In this document: in pieces, positions 9,205 to 18,585 of the stretch
Layout of the letters: every line of letters begins with the position of its first letter
How positions within the stretch are numbered: position 1 is the stretch's first letter
Virus record (IMG/VR): IMGVR_UViG_3300033153_010326
Location: 40,369-104,368 of that record
Length of the DNA: 64,000 bases
Source: a virus
Direction: 5' to 3' (one strand)
Notes under the pieces: generated by a model
The model's database searches: none
Seen by the model: the letters and a program-made list of their open reading frames with translations, nothing else
What the model was told of the DNA's origin: nothing
Translations under genes and position numbers: made by a program

Positions 9205-9561
9205 ATGGATAATAAAGTAGGAAAGAATTATCAGAAACAAAAAGTAGTAGAAATACCAGAACATTATTTAGATTTAATTGAAGACGAATACAAACATCAA
9301 AATAAATTATTAGATAAAATGTTAAATGTTTCTATGAAAATTGCAAGATTTGAAGAAGAATTGGAATCAGATAAAAAGACCCAAAAACAGGTTAGAAATG
9401 AAATATTAAAGATTACTCAATCTAAAAAACGAATTTTAAGTAAAATTCATAAGAAATTGGGATTAGATAAAGAGAAACAATATCGTTGGGAATTTACAGG
9501 TACATCTTTTATAGGTACGTTGGATTCTAAAACAAAAGAAAATAAGAAGGAGGAAAAGTAA
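9205..9561 (+). CDS. Coiled-coil hypothetical protein
   Basis: 118 aa, AGGAGG RBS. Confidence 0.65.
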   Translation: MDNKVGKNYQKQKVVEIPEHYLDLIEDEYKHQNKLLDKMLNVSMKIARFEEELESDKKTQKQVRNEILKITQSKKRILSKIHKKLGLDKEKQYRWEFTGTSFIGTLDSKTKENKKEEK

Positions 9562-10326
9562 ATGAAATTTAAAGTAGCTATAATTAAAGACGGTCAACAG
9601 CTTATTAAATTTGTATTAGATGATGGTGAGGAAATTTGGGCAGAAACTTCTCAAAAGGTTTATGATTTTGCCAAGAAGAATTTTGAAGAAAATGAAATTT
9701 GTGATTTTGATTATGAAGAAAAAGACGATGGTAGTTATTATGTAGATAGAATCCTAAAGAAAGAAGGAGGAAGTTCTTCTAAACCTTCTCCTAAGAAAAG
9801 AGGCAGAGGTAGACCTAAGAAATTTTCTTCTTCAACATCAGGAAAAGTTTGTGAGTGCGGTACAGAAATAAAAAATGCTAAATATAGTCAATGCTACGAA
9901 TGTAATCAAGCAAAGAAGAAAACGAAATCAGAAGGTGGGAAGTATTGTGAATGTGGTACTGAGATAAAGAATACTAAGTATGATAAGTGTTATGAGTGTA
10001 ATCAAGCAGGAAAAGAAGAAAAATCAGATGATAAGAAATATTGTACATGTGGAACAGAGATAAAAAATCATAAGTATGATAAATGTTATAATTGCAACAA
10101 AGAAAATAAAGGTTCTTCTGGTTCTGGAAAGCCTGATTATGAAAAAGGTGCTCCTTATGGTTCTGTAACTGAAGGGGAAGCAATTAGAAGAAATAAATTA
10201 GCAGTATTGGGAAGTATAGCTTCTGCTATAGGTACTGCTATGGCAGGTCAAGTAGAAGACGCAGATGCTCTTATTGATATGATTATTGAAGCACATAAGA
10301 AGATTTATAAGGAATTGTTTGGATAA
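9562..10326 (+). CDS. Putative DNA-binding protein (OB-like N-domain, AT-hook, three zinc-finger repeats)
   Basis: KKRGRGRPKK; 3x CxCGTEIKNxKYxxCYxCN. Confidence 0.7.
   Translation: MKFKVAIIKDGQQLIKFVLDDGEEIWAETSQKVYDFAKKNFEENEICDFDYEEKDDGSYYVDRILKKEGGSSSKPSPKKRGRGRPKKFSSSTSGKVCECGTEIKNAKYSQCYECNQAKKKTKSEGGKYCECGTEIKNTKYDKCYECNQAGKEEKSDDKKYCTCGTEIKNHKYDKCYNCNKENKGSSGSGKPDYEKGAPYGSVTEGEAIRRNKLAVLGSIASAIGTAMAGQVEDADALIDMIIEAHKKIYKELFG
9850..10098 (+). repeat. Three zinc-finger coding repeats, 96-bp period
   Basis: Units begin at 9850, 9946 and 10042. Confidence 0.85.
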
Positions 10327-10339
10327 AATTAAGATTTAT

Positions 10340-10412
10340 TGTCTCGTAAGTAGTTAAGATTTGTCGCATCGGACAATAGTGCTGGAATCCATTTTTTAAC
10401 GAAAGCGAGACA
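10340..10412 (+). ncRNA. Candidate structured RNA with loop-E/sarcin-ricin motif
   Basis: TGTCTCGT/GCGAGACA stem, AGTA/GAA internal loop, GTTAAGA/TTTTAAC stem, TTGTC/GACAA hairpin. Confidence 0.55.
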
Positions 10413-10414
10413 TA

Positions 10415-10618
10415 TTGTATAAAGAGGATAGGATTAATTTTTCGGAACTCGATTACGCGCTTAGACGCAGGAACATGAAAACTATGATTACGCAACTCAT
10501 TGATAATACTGGACTTAGAGATAAAGCTACTAAACAATATATTTATATTTTATATATGACAAGAGCTGTGAAAACTGAACATTTACATGAATTACTTGAT
10601 AAAGTTATGGAGAACTAA
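10415..10618 (+). CDS. Hypothetical protein (start uncertain)
   Basis: 67-aa ORF; an internal ATG preceded by AGGA may be the true start. Confidence 0.45.
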   Translation: MYKEDRINFSELDYALRRRNMKTMITQLIDNTGLRDKATKQYIYILYMTRAVKTEHLHELLDKVMEN

Positions 10619-10829
10619 AATGTTTGGATGGCTGATAGGAGATGTTACTAAAGATGTAGTAGTTTTAATGAATGAAATTATCCAAATAATGAAAATTATG
10701 CTGATAGGTGGAGGGGTTTGTTTATTTATTATTTGGATAACAATTATATTTAAAAAATGATTATTCGTATAAGTACATTAAATTAACACTTTAGTTAATT
10801 AACTGTATTTGAAAATAAAAGGAAGAAAT

Positions 10830-11288
10830 GTGAATAAATCTATTTTTTTTAGGAAAAAAGTAAAAGAACTAGCTTTATTAAATAATATTAAAGAAGATAT
10901 TGTTATTAGACAAGATAATAGATTAGGAGGTTACTTAGCGTGTACTAGATTATATTTATATTCAGATACACAAGAACCTGTCTATTTAATTACATATAAT
11001 GCAAAATTATTTAAATATAAAACTAAATTACAATTAATGGCTTTAGCTTTACATGAATTAGGGCATATTAAATTTAGACATGAATATAAGTATAGTTTTA
11101 AAAATACTACAAAAAAACAATTAATTCGTATGGAATACGAAGCGGAAAAATTTTCTTTATTATATATAAAAAATCATTACTCTAAATATTTTAAAAAAAG
11201 AATAGAGCTTTTAAAAAATTATATTACTAATGATAATGTTATTTATAGAGAAGCTTTTTATAAATTAGCTAAAGAATTTGATAAATAG
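10830..11288 (+). CDS. Zincin metallopeptidase-like protein (ImmA/IrrE/M48-like)
   Basis: LHELGH motif plus downstream EYEAE. Confidence 0.75.
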   Translation: MNKSIFFRKKVKELALLNNIKEDIVIRQDNRLGGYLACTRLYLYSDTQEPVYLITYNAKLFKYKTKLQLMALALHELGHIKFRHEYKYSFKNTTKKQLIRMEYEAEKFSLLYIKNHYSKYFKKRIELLKNYITNDNVIYREAFYKLAKEFDK

Positions 11289-11705
11289 GAGAAATTATGT
11301 ATTATTTTTTATATAGTTTAATGTTAATAGGTTTTATAGGGGTATCAGTACAAGCTCCTGATTTAAGGTCGAAAGTTATTGGGATTTTGTTGGTTGTGGT
11401 GAATGGGTTAATTTTTTGGAGATAATAATATGAAATATAAATTTTATGTATATAAAGTAATAGGAGAAGCGGAAATATTTACTGAAAATCAACCTAATAA
11501 AGAAGAAGCTAGAGAATTTGTAATGAAAAATGCTAAACATCTTAATTATAAAAGACCTGGTTATTTTTATATGTTATTAAATAAAAGACCAAAGGTGGTG
11601 AAATGATTATTTGTAAATATTGTAAAAGAGAAATACCTAATAAAAATCTTATAACTAAAAATGGATGCCGATGGTGTTCGGCAGAATACCATCAAAATAA
11701 AAATA

Positions 11706-12131
11706 ATGAAAAAATTAAAGATAAGTAAAAAAGATTTAATAAAAGCTTATAATATTGATAGATTAAAACTTCAAGAAATTTGTATTAGATTTGCTTGTGG
11801 AGAAACTACTGTAGTTAGATTATTAAAAAGATATAAGATTTTTAAAAGAGGAATGGTATCATCTATAGGAAATAAAAAGTATACTTCTAAAGGATATATT
11901 TTAATTTTATTACCATTTCATCCTTTTAGTTCAAAACGAGGATATGTTAGAGAACATAGATTAATGATGGAAAAGTATCTTGGTAGGTATTTAAAAAGAG
12001 AAGAAGTAGTTCATCATGAAAATGATATTAGAGATGATAATAGGATTGAGAATTTAAGATTATTTTCTAATCAAGGTAAGCATAACAAGTTTCATAGGAA
12101 TCGTGTTAATAAAGAAAAAGGCAGTTTCTAA
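11706..12131 (+). CDS. HNH homing endonuclease
   Basis: REHRLMMEKYLGR.L...EVVHHENDIRDDNRIENL; N-terminal HTH. Confidence 0.9.
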   Translation: MKKLKISKKDLIKAYNIDRLKLQEICIRFACGETTVVRLLKRYKIFKRGMVSSIGNKKYTSKGYILILLPFHPFSSKRGYVREHRLMMEKYLGRYLKREEVVHHENDIRDDNRIENLRLFSNQGKHNKFHRNRVNKEKGSF

Positions 12132-12163
12132 ACTTGCACATGAAGCCTAAAGTATGATATACT
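12132..12163 (+). promoter_or_regulatory. sigma70-type promoter with extended -10
   Basis: TTGCAC-18 bp-TATACT with TGn, then AAGGAG RBS and ATG 12182. Confidence 0.8.
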
Positions 12164-12181
12164 AGTAGTAAGGAGAATATA

Positions 12182-12559
12182 ATGACTGATGAACAGATAC
12201 TTAAAGAGGTTATAAATAAAGTAGTTAAGAATGGATTAAAAGAAATAAATGGACTTCCCTATAATAAAGAATGTTTTTATAAGCCACATAAGAAGTTTCA
12301 GCAAATAGCTTTTGAGAATTTAGCAAAAGAGTTGCTTAGAAATAATAATTATATAAAGTTTATTTTTTCTTCTGAATTTGCAAAAATTTATTGGGGTGAA
12401 AATATTCCTATTAGAGAAGTAGGAAAAGGAGATAAAATTGTAGGTTATGATATACCAAAAAAAGGCAGATTAAAATATTGGCAATATTATCAACATAAAA
12501 TGTTAGATGAAATACAAGCTGGAAGAAATCTTTTAAAATATTTGGAGAAATTTTTATGA
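12182..12559 (+). CDS. Hypothetical phage protein
   Basis: FSSEFAKIYWGE...WQYYQHKM...LKYLEKFL pattern. Confidence 0.65.
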   Translation: MTDEQILKEVINKVVKNGLKEINGLPYNKECFYKPHKKFQQIAFENLAKELLRNNNYIKFIFSSEFAKIYWGENIPIREVGKGDKIVGYDIPKKGRLKYWQYYQHKMLDEIQAGRNLLKYLEKFL

Positions 12560-12695
12560 AAACGAGTTATTTAATTACTATTCCCTTTAGAATTATAGCA
12601 ACTCTTTTTATATTAATAGTATCTATAATGTCAATACCAAACATGTTTTTAAATATTTTTTTAAGAGAAATGGAAATTATTTGGAGAAATAAATA

Positions 12696-12899
12696 ATGAA
12701 AATTACTTCGCTTAAAGTAAAAAAGAAAGTCCGATTAGCAAGTATAAAAAGACTTAAAAATAATATAAAGGAAGTTGTTCATAATTGTCTTCTTGATATA
12801 GAAAAATATATTGTGGAAGATGTTATGAAATGTTTGAAAAAGGATGGAATTATTTATGCGAAAAACACGAAGAAAAATAGAAAGAAAAATACGAGGTGA
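12696..12899 (+). CDS. Hypothetical protein
   Basis: 67-aa ORF with GGAG RBS. Confidence 0.5.
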   Translation: MKITSLKVKKKVRLASIKRLKNNIKEVVHNCLLDIEKYIVEDVMKCLKKDGIIYAKNTKKNRKKNTR

Positions 12900-13065
12900 A
12901 ATAAGTAAACCTAAAAAGAGAAAGAATTGTATATTAAAACATTTAGATTCTTCAATAACAAATAGGTTTACTCGGATTCAATCTTATCTTATATTAATAG
13001 TAGATACTTTATTTATGATAATTTGTGCATATTGGGCTTATTATGAAATATTTGTAAGGAGATAA
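12844..13065 (+). CDS. Small membrane protein
   Basis: C-terminal hydrophobic helix. Confidence 0.5.
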   Translation: MELFMRKTRRKIERKIRGEISKPKKRKNCILKHLDSSITNRFTRIQSYLILIVDTLFMIICAYWAYYEIFVRR

Positions 13066-13166
13066 ATTGAAAAAATTAACTAAAAAACAAATAAATAAAT
13101 GTAAACAACATTTGAAAATGAAGATGAAATTTGTATAAATTATATAGTTACAGGGATAGATAAAAA

Positions 13167-13448
13167 ATGAAAAAGAAAAATAAAGGTAGAGATTTTGAAG
13201 AAAAAATTAGGAAAACTATCGCAAGCGGAAACTTATGGTTTGATAAGGGAGATATAAATACAGAAAATTTTTTAATTGAAACTAAATATACAGATAAAAA
13301 AAGTTTTAGAATCACTGAACAAATAATTAATAAAATATGGAATGATGCTCTCGATAGTAACAGACTTCCTCGCATAGTTATAGGTATACCAAAGAACGAA
13401 AGAGAACTATTTGTATTGACATGTAATATCCATGTTATTAAAAAATAG
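13167..13448 (+). CDS. PD-(D/E)xK nuclease, Hjc-like resolvase
   Basis: KGRDFE...SG...GD......LIETKYT. Confidence 0.75.
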   Translation: MKKKNKGRDFEEKIRKTIASGNLWFDKGDINTENFLIETKYTDKKSFRITEQIINKIWNDALDSNRLPRIVIGIPKNERELFVLTCNIHVIKK

Positions 13449-13457
13449 GAGATAAAA

Positions 13458-14480
13458 ATGAAAATTGCAAATAAGAAATTGTTCATAGAACTTTATAATT
13501 CAGGTAAAAGTGATTGTGAAATTTCTCAATTATTAGAAATAGGAGAAAGAACAGTTTCTAGATATGCTCAAAATTTAAGAGCAAAAAACCAAATTAAATC
13601 TAGAAAAGAATTGCAAATTAATTCTAAAGTGAATTTAGATAAAGTTAAGGACATAGATATAGAAAAAAATTTAAAACAAGCTCAAACAGATTGGAAAATA
13701 CCAAAAGGAACTAAAAAAACAGATTCTATAGATACTTTTAAAAAATGGCTTTATGTAGCAGACCAACATGTACCTGAACATAATGTTCCTGCTAATAGAG
13801 CTATTCATAAATTAATGGATGATATTAAATTTGATGGATTTCGTATTGTAGGAGATTTTATGGATATGTCTCCGATTTCTCATTGGAACGAGCATAAACG
13901 CAAAACTCTTGAAACACAAAGATTAAAGGAGCATTATATAATAGGTAATGTTCTTTTGGATGAATATGATAAAAGATTACCTAAAAATTGCAATAAAGGT
14001 TATTTTTGGGGAAATCATGAGAATTGGTATAATGATTTAATAGAAAAACTTCCAGTATTAGAAGGAATGTTAAATCCTACAGAAGAGCTTCGTCTAATAG
14101 AAAGAAATTATAAAGTTTATGAAAATCAAAATCATATTGAAAGAATAGGCAGACTTTCAGTAACACATGGAGTATATGCTAATGTTCATGCAGTAAAAAA
14201 GCATATTGACGAATTTAAAACCAATGTAATGTTTTTTCATACTCATAGAATAGGTTCAAGGTCTTCAAGTTCTCCTGCTAAAGAAATAGCTATTATAGGA
14301 TATAATGTAGGATGTTTATGTGATAAGAATCCTGATTATCTTAGAAATAGACCTAATAAATGGAGTCTTGGTTTTGCTATTGTTTATTATTTACCAAATG
14401 GATTCTTTTTTGTCCAAAATATAAGAATTATTAAAGGAAAATTTATATATAATAATAAACTTTACGATGGGAATATATAG
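13458..14480 (+). CDS. HTH plus calcineurin-like metallophosphoesterase
   Basis: DQH, GDFMD, GNHE, THG, HTH motifs. Confidence 0.9.
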   Translation: MKIANKKLFIELYNSGKSDCEISQLLEIGERTVSRYAQNLRAKNQIKSRKELQINSKVNLDKVKDIDIEKNLKQAQTDWKIPKGTKKTDSIDTFKKWLYVADQHVPEHNVPANRAIHKLMDDIKFDGFRIVGDFMDMSPISHWNEHKRKTLETQRLKEHYIIGNVLLDEYDKRLPKNCNKGYFWGNHENWYNDLIEKLPVLEGMLNPTEELRLIERNYKVYENQNHIERIGRLSVTHGVYANVHAVKKHIDEFKTNVMFFHTHRIGSRSSSSPAKEIAIIGYNVGCLCDKNPDYLRNRPNKWSLGFAIVYYLPNGFFFVQNIRIIKGKFIYNNKLYDGNI

Positions 14481-14499
14481 AAAATAAAGGAGGATAATT

Positions 14500-14832
14500 A
14501 TGAAACTACATGTAGAGAATATATTATCACCTTACTATACTATAACTGATAAAAAATCAGGAAAAAGGATTCCTTTCTGTGTTTGGGCAAATGATAAGCA
14601 GGGAGTTTATAACTGTTATAAAACAGATAAAAATAAAAAAGTTGTTGTAAATAAAGAAAACAAAGTTGTAACCGAAACAATAAATAAACCTATTAAGATT
14701 ATTAGAAATTGTTCATGGATTTATATGTTTTTTAATTCTATGGTAAGAATTTTTAACCAATTAAGATTACTTAAAAAAATTGAAAGGAGAAAGAAAAAAT
14801 GTCTAAACCTTACCCCAAGTATGAAAAAGTAG
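14500..14832 (+). CDS. Hypothetical protein
   Basis: 110 aa, AGGAGG RBS. Confidence 0.6.
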   Translation: MKLHVENILSPYYTITDKKSGKRIPFCVWANDKQGVYNCYKTDKNKKVVVNKENKVVTETINKPIKIIRNCSWIYMFFNSMVRIFNQLRLLKKIERRKKKCLNLTPSMKK

Positions 14833-15068
14833 ACAAAGATACCATAAAAATAATAATGGAAAGAGTACAAGATGTTCCAATACAAAGAATATTAAACAAT
14901 AGGGAAGTATTGCTGGCTCAAAAAGCAGAGATAGAAAAACAATTAGAAAATATTGCTGAAATTATTAAAACAGCTAAAAAATTAGGTATAGATACTACTC
15001 TTAAACTTAAACAAGAAGATAAGAACTTTAAAAAAGGAGGAAATAAAAATGGGAAAGAAAATAGATAA
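14799..15068 (+). CDS. Coiled-coil hypothetical protein
   Basis: 89 aa, AGGAG RBS. Confidence 0.6.
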   Translation: MSKPYPKYEKVDKDTIKIIMERVQDVPIQRILNNREVLLAQKAEIEKQLENIAEIIKTAKKLGIDTTLKLKQEDKNFKKGGNKNGKENR

Positions 15069-15672
15069 AAATATGAATTTACATATTAAAATTGCTAAAG
15101 GTATAAAAGAACCTATTAATGTTTATACTATTCCAGAATATTTAAGAGAAAATGCTTTTATAAAAGAGGCAACTCCAGAGTCTCGAAGTTATATTATAGA
15201 AGCTAAAAAAGTTACTTATATAGATGGTGATGGTCGTTTAAGTAGAGTTAAAGCAGATTATTATGGAGATTGTGAAATTCCTTTTTCTGGATTGAATTCT
15301 AATTTAGAATATATGTCTATAGAAGGGGTGCTTAAAGGGAATAATGAAGAAGAATTAAACGAAATAAGAATAAAAATAGCAACAGTTATGGATGTAAAAG
15401 AAATAAATTTATTAAAATTATTAAGAAAGAAAACTATTTTTTCTTGGATTTTTAGAAAGAAAGAAAACAGATATTTTATTTTTATAAAAAGAGGGGTTCC
15501 TAGAGAATTAGCAAAAAGTATGGGATTTTCTGAAAAAATTATGTTAAGAACTCCGATTGTTAATCCTTGTCCAGTTAGTATGTCAGATACAACAAAAGGA
15601 ATAAAACCAAATACTTTAGCTTATGGAGTCTATGGTTACGAATCTTACATTATGGCATTAGTTGAGGTATAA
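15049..15672 (+). CDS. Possible shortened HK97-fold major-capsid-like protein
   Basis: E-loop-like beta hairpin, spine-helix-like segment, terminal YGVYGYESYIMAL strand (by eye only). Confidence 0.4.
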   Translation: MGKKIDKNMNLHIKIAKGIKEPINVYTIPEYLRENAFIKEATPESRSYIIEAKKVTYIDGDGRLSRVKADYYGDCEIPFSGLNSNLEYMSIEGVLKGNNEEELNEIRIKIATVMDVKEINLLKLLRKKTIFSWIFRKKENRYFIFIKRGVPRELAKSMGFSEKIMLRTPIVNPCPVSMSDTTKGIKPNTLAYGVYGYESYIMALVEV

Positions 15673-15924
15673 ATGACCAAAAAAACTTTTAAGATAAGAA
15701 CTCCTATTTGGAAGACTATGAGCGTAGGATTAGCAGAATATAAGTTAGCTGATATGAATTATGTGGAGATTATATATAGAGCTAATTCTGGAAGAAAATT
15801 ATTTCCAGATAAATATAGAATTTCTAAAGAGAAAGTTTTGAAGTATCCAACTCAGTTTGTAGGAGTAAATTTAAGAATTATTCCAATAGAAGATTTAGAA
15901 ATTGTAAAAAAAAGGAGGAAATGA
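15673..15924 (+). CDS. Hypothetical phage protein
   Basis: IRTPIWK.MSVGLA...IIPIEDLE. Confidence 0.6.
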   Translation: MTKKTFKIRTPIWKTMSVGLAEYKLADMNYVEIIYRANSGRKLFPDKYRISKEKVLKYPTQFVGVNLRIIPIEDLEIVKKRRK

Positions 15925-15925
15925 A

Positions 15926-16159
15926 ATGGGAAAGATTAATTATATAAGAGTATCGTCTGTAAAGGGACTTGTAAAGGAACTTGGTCGTAGAAGTGGTAAG
16001 GATTTTTTGGAAGAGTTAGATAGAGTAGTTGGAGAAATAGTAAAAAGAGCTTCTAAGAAAGAAAGTAAGAAGAAAACTTTAGATGCTTCAGATGTTAAAG
16101 TAATTGTAGATTCTATGGTAGTAGGAGTACCAGAAGAAATGGTTAAGGATTCTAAATAA
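15926..16159 (+). CDS. Histone-fold protein (bacterial Bd0055-like)
   Basis: alpha1 SSVKGLVKE, loop GRRSG, alpha2 DFLEELDRVVGEIVKRA, KKTLDASDV. Confidence 0.75.
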   Translation: MGKINYIRVSSVKGLVKELGRRSGKDFLEELDRVVGEIVKRASKKESKKKTLDASDVKVIVDSMVVGVPEEMVKDSK

Positions 16160-16162
16160 TTA

Positions 16163-16216
16163 AATATTGAGGGAGTTATTTGTAAGCGACCTGACCCCTC
16201 CCTCAGTATTATTTTT
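16163..16216 (+). terminator. Hairpin / probable terminator downstream of histone gene
   Basis: 13-bp stem AATATTGAGGGAG/CTCCCTCAGTATT followed by ATTTTT. Confidence 0.55.
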
Positions 16217-16228
16217 GGAGGATAAAAA

Positions 16229-16369
16229 ATGGCTAATAGAATAATTAGAATGAGAAAATGGAGAGCTTCTGGTCATAAGCATAAGAAGAATAAGAAGAGC
16301 GTAGCTGACAGAAAAATAATTAAGAATCTTCTTAAAAAACATACCATAAAGGAAGTTTATGGAATATAA
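16229..16369 (+). CDS. Small highly basic protein (46 aa, not in ORF track)
   Basis: GGAGG RBS; MANRIIRMRKWRASGHKHKKNKK... Confidence 0.55.
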   Translation: MANRIIRMRKWRASGHKHKKNKKSVADRKIIKNLLKKHTIKEVYGI

Positions 16370-18371
16370 AAAAATCATCTTATCAAAATTGCTTATCTAT
16401 TTAAAAAATAAAAAAGTAAAATTAAGTAGAGGTAATATAAAAACTTTAAAATGTCCCAAATGTGGTAAGACTGCTAATATTATTCCTAATGTTAATGAAA
16501 TTAATTGTTTCGTTTGTAAGCCAAAGAAATTGTTAAATCGTTACTGGAATCTTATAGATATAGTAAGAATAATAGAAAAAGATAAAGAAAGTTGGGATGA
16601 TGAAAAGATTTTACAATATTTAAAGGAATATTTAGATATTAAAGTTACTACAGAAAAAGATAATCAAGCTATTGAAGATATTTTAAATAAGTATCAAGAA
16701 TGGGGATTTGATTTAGTACCTATACATGCTAATGGTAAAGTTCCATTTGAAATAAAAGATTGGACTATTATACCTCATAAAGAAATATATGAATGGAAAA
16801 ATTGGCTAAATGATGGTCTTAATATAGGAGTTAAAACTGGTAAGAGAAGTAATATAACCGCCATTGACATAGATGCTTTAACTAAAGAAGAAAAGAAAGA
16901 AATAAGAACAAAGAAAATTTCAAAAGAAAGATTAGAAGAATTGATGCAATTAAGACAAGACAGATTAGATAAAGTTTATAAAGAAATGGGAGATATAGTA
17001 GGTAATCCTTTAGTACAACATAATCTTGGAGGTCATCATTTAATTTATCAATATGAAGAAGATATTCGCAAAACTTATATTAAGGTTCAAGATATTCATT
17101 TAGATATAGAAAATAATGGAGGTTATATTTTACTTGCTCCTTCAAAAGTAGGTAACAATGATTCTAGAAGTTTTAAAGAAAATACAACACCACCTAAAAT
17201 GCCTGACAAATTAAAACAATTTATATTATCAAAAATGAAACCTTCTAATAAAACTTATAGTGAAGGTATTATAGAGGATATAAAAACTGAAGATTTTAAA
17301 ATAGACCCAAAGAAATTTATGTTAAAAAATAATCAATTGGAAGGATGTTGTAATACTGAATTTATAAAACTTGGAGGGATTTTACGAAAGCAATTAAATA
17401 TGAAACAAACAGGTTATGTTCTTAATGTTTTAAATAAACATATTTTAGAAAAACCAATGGAATCAAAAATGGTAAGAGCAATGTTACAAGAGTTAAATAA
17501 ATATTCTCAATTTGACGAGACAGAATTAGCTCATAAAATTTTAGAATATTTAAAAGATTGTGTAGAAGAAGCTGGTAGAATAGAAATAGCTATGGCAGTA
17601 GTTGGAACAAATAGAGGAGAAGATAAAAAGAGAGTAGATAAAGCTCTTCAGTATTTAATTAGAGAGAAGCAAATTGTAAGAAATGGCAAAGCTTATGAAA
17701 TTATTGATGATTCGGAATGGACTGAAGAATTTATGAATACAGGAATTCCTATAGATTTTAAGATGCCTTATTTTTATGATACTATGTATTTTCACGTCGG
17801 AGACCTTCTATTAATTGGAGCTTCTCCTGCAATAGGCAAAACTCACATTTCAGTAAATATTATCAAACAATTAGTAGACCAAAATATTAAACCTTATTAT
17901 GTATCATTGGAAGGAGGGAGTCGCTACGCAAAAATTGCGAAACAATTAGGATTAAAAGAAGGAGATTTTTCAATTAAAGAAACTTCTAATCCTAATAAAA
18001 TAAAATTAAAAGATGGAGCAATAACTATTATAGATTGGATATGTCCTCGTAATTATGCAGAAACTGACAAAGTTTTACAAAATTTAGCTGACAAAGTAAG
18101 AGAAACTAAAGGAATATTAATAATTTTTGTTCAATTAAGAAAAAATGATACTTGGTTAGCTCCAGACCTTATTAATCAATTTCCATCATTTGCTTGTAGA
18201 TATACTTATGATAAAGAAGATGATGGAGAATTTGGGAGATTTCATATAGATAAATTGAGAGATGCTAAAGTTAAAATTAAGAATCATAAAATACCTTGTA
18301 AGTATTCATGGGATACTAAATTATTTAAGAGGGTGGATGAATTAGATGAAGATATTAAAGAGACTGGTTAA
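16359..18371 (+). CDS. Primase-helicase (Zn ribbon, bifunctional Prim-Pol, RecA-fold helicase)
   Basis: CPKC/CFVC; GKVP..W, NIGVKTG..AIDID, GGHH, GGYILLAPS; Walker A GASPAIGKT. Confidence 0.88.
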   Translation: MEYKKIILSKLLIYLKNKKVKLSRGNIKTLKCPKCGKTANIIPNVNEINCFVCKPKKLLNRYWNLIDIVRIIEKDKESWDDEKILQYLKEYLDIKVTTEKDNQAIEDILNKYQEWGFDLVPIHANGKVPFEIKDWTIIPHKEIYEWKNWLNDGLNIGVKTGKRSNITAIDIDALTKEEKKEIRTKKISKERLEELMQLRQDRLDKVYKEMGDIVGNPLVQHNLGGHHLIYQYEEDIRKTYIKVQDIHLDIENNGGYILLAPSKVGNNDSRSFKENTTPPKMPDKLKQFILSKMKPSNKTYSEGIIEDIKTEDFKIDPKKFMLKNNQLEGCCNTEFIKLGGILRKQLNMKQTGYVLNVLNKHILEKPMESKMVRAMLQELNKYSQFDETELAHKILEYLKDCVEEAGRIEIAMAVVGTNRGEDKKRVDKALQYLIREKQIVRNGKAYEIIDDSEWTEEFMNTGIPIDFKMPYFYDTMYFHVGDLLLIGASPAIGKTHISVNIIKQLVDQNIKPYYVSLEGGSRYAKIAKQLGLKEGDFSIKETSNPNKIKLKDGAITIIDWICPRNYAETDKVLQNLADKVRETKGILIIFVQLRKNDTWLAPDLINQFPSFACRYTYDKEDDGEFGRFHIDKLRDAKVKIKNHKIPCKYSWDTKLFKRVDELDEDIKETG

Positions 18372-18585
18372 GAATTGGGTTTGGGTATTAATATTTATGT
18401 TTTATGGTAGTATAATAGGATTGTTGATTTTAGAAAATATAGGAGTATTTAAATCATGAAAATTATAGCTTATTGGTTAGCAAAATCATGTAGGAAATTT
18501 AAATTTAAAATAGAATATTATAAACATATGAGAACAATAGAAATAACTTTGCCTCTGTGGAATATTCTTATTTTTTGGGGGAAAG

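Noticed and set aside
10340-10412. tRNA or hammerhead ribozyme
   Set aside because: No T-arm (GTTCRA), no 7-nt anticodon loop, and no CUGANGA core on either strand
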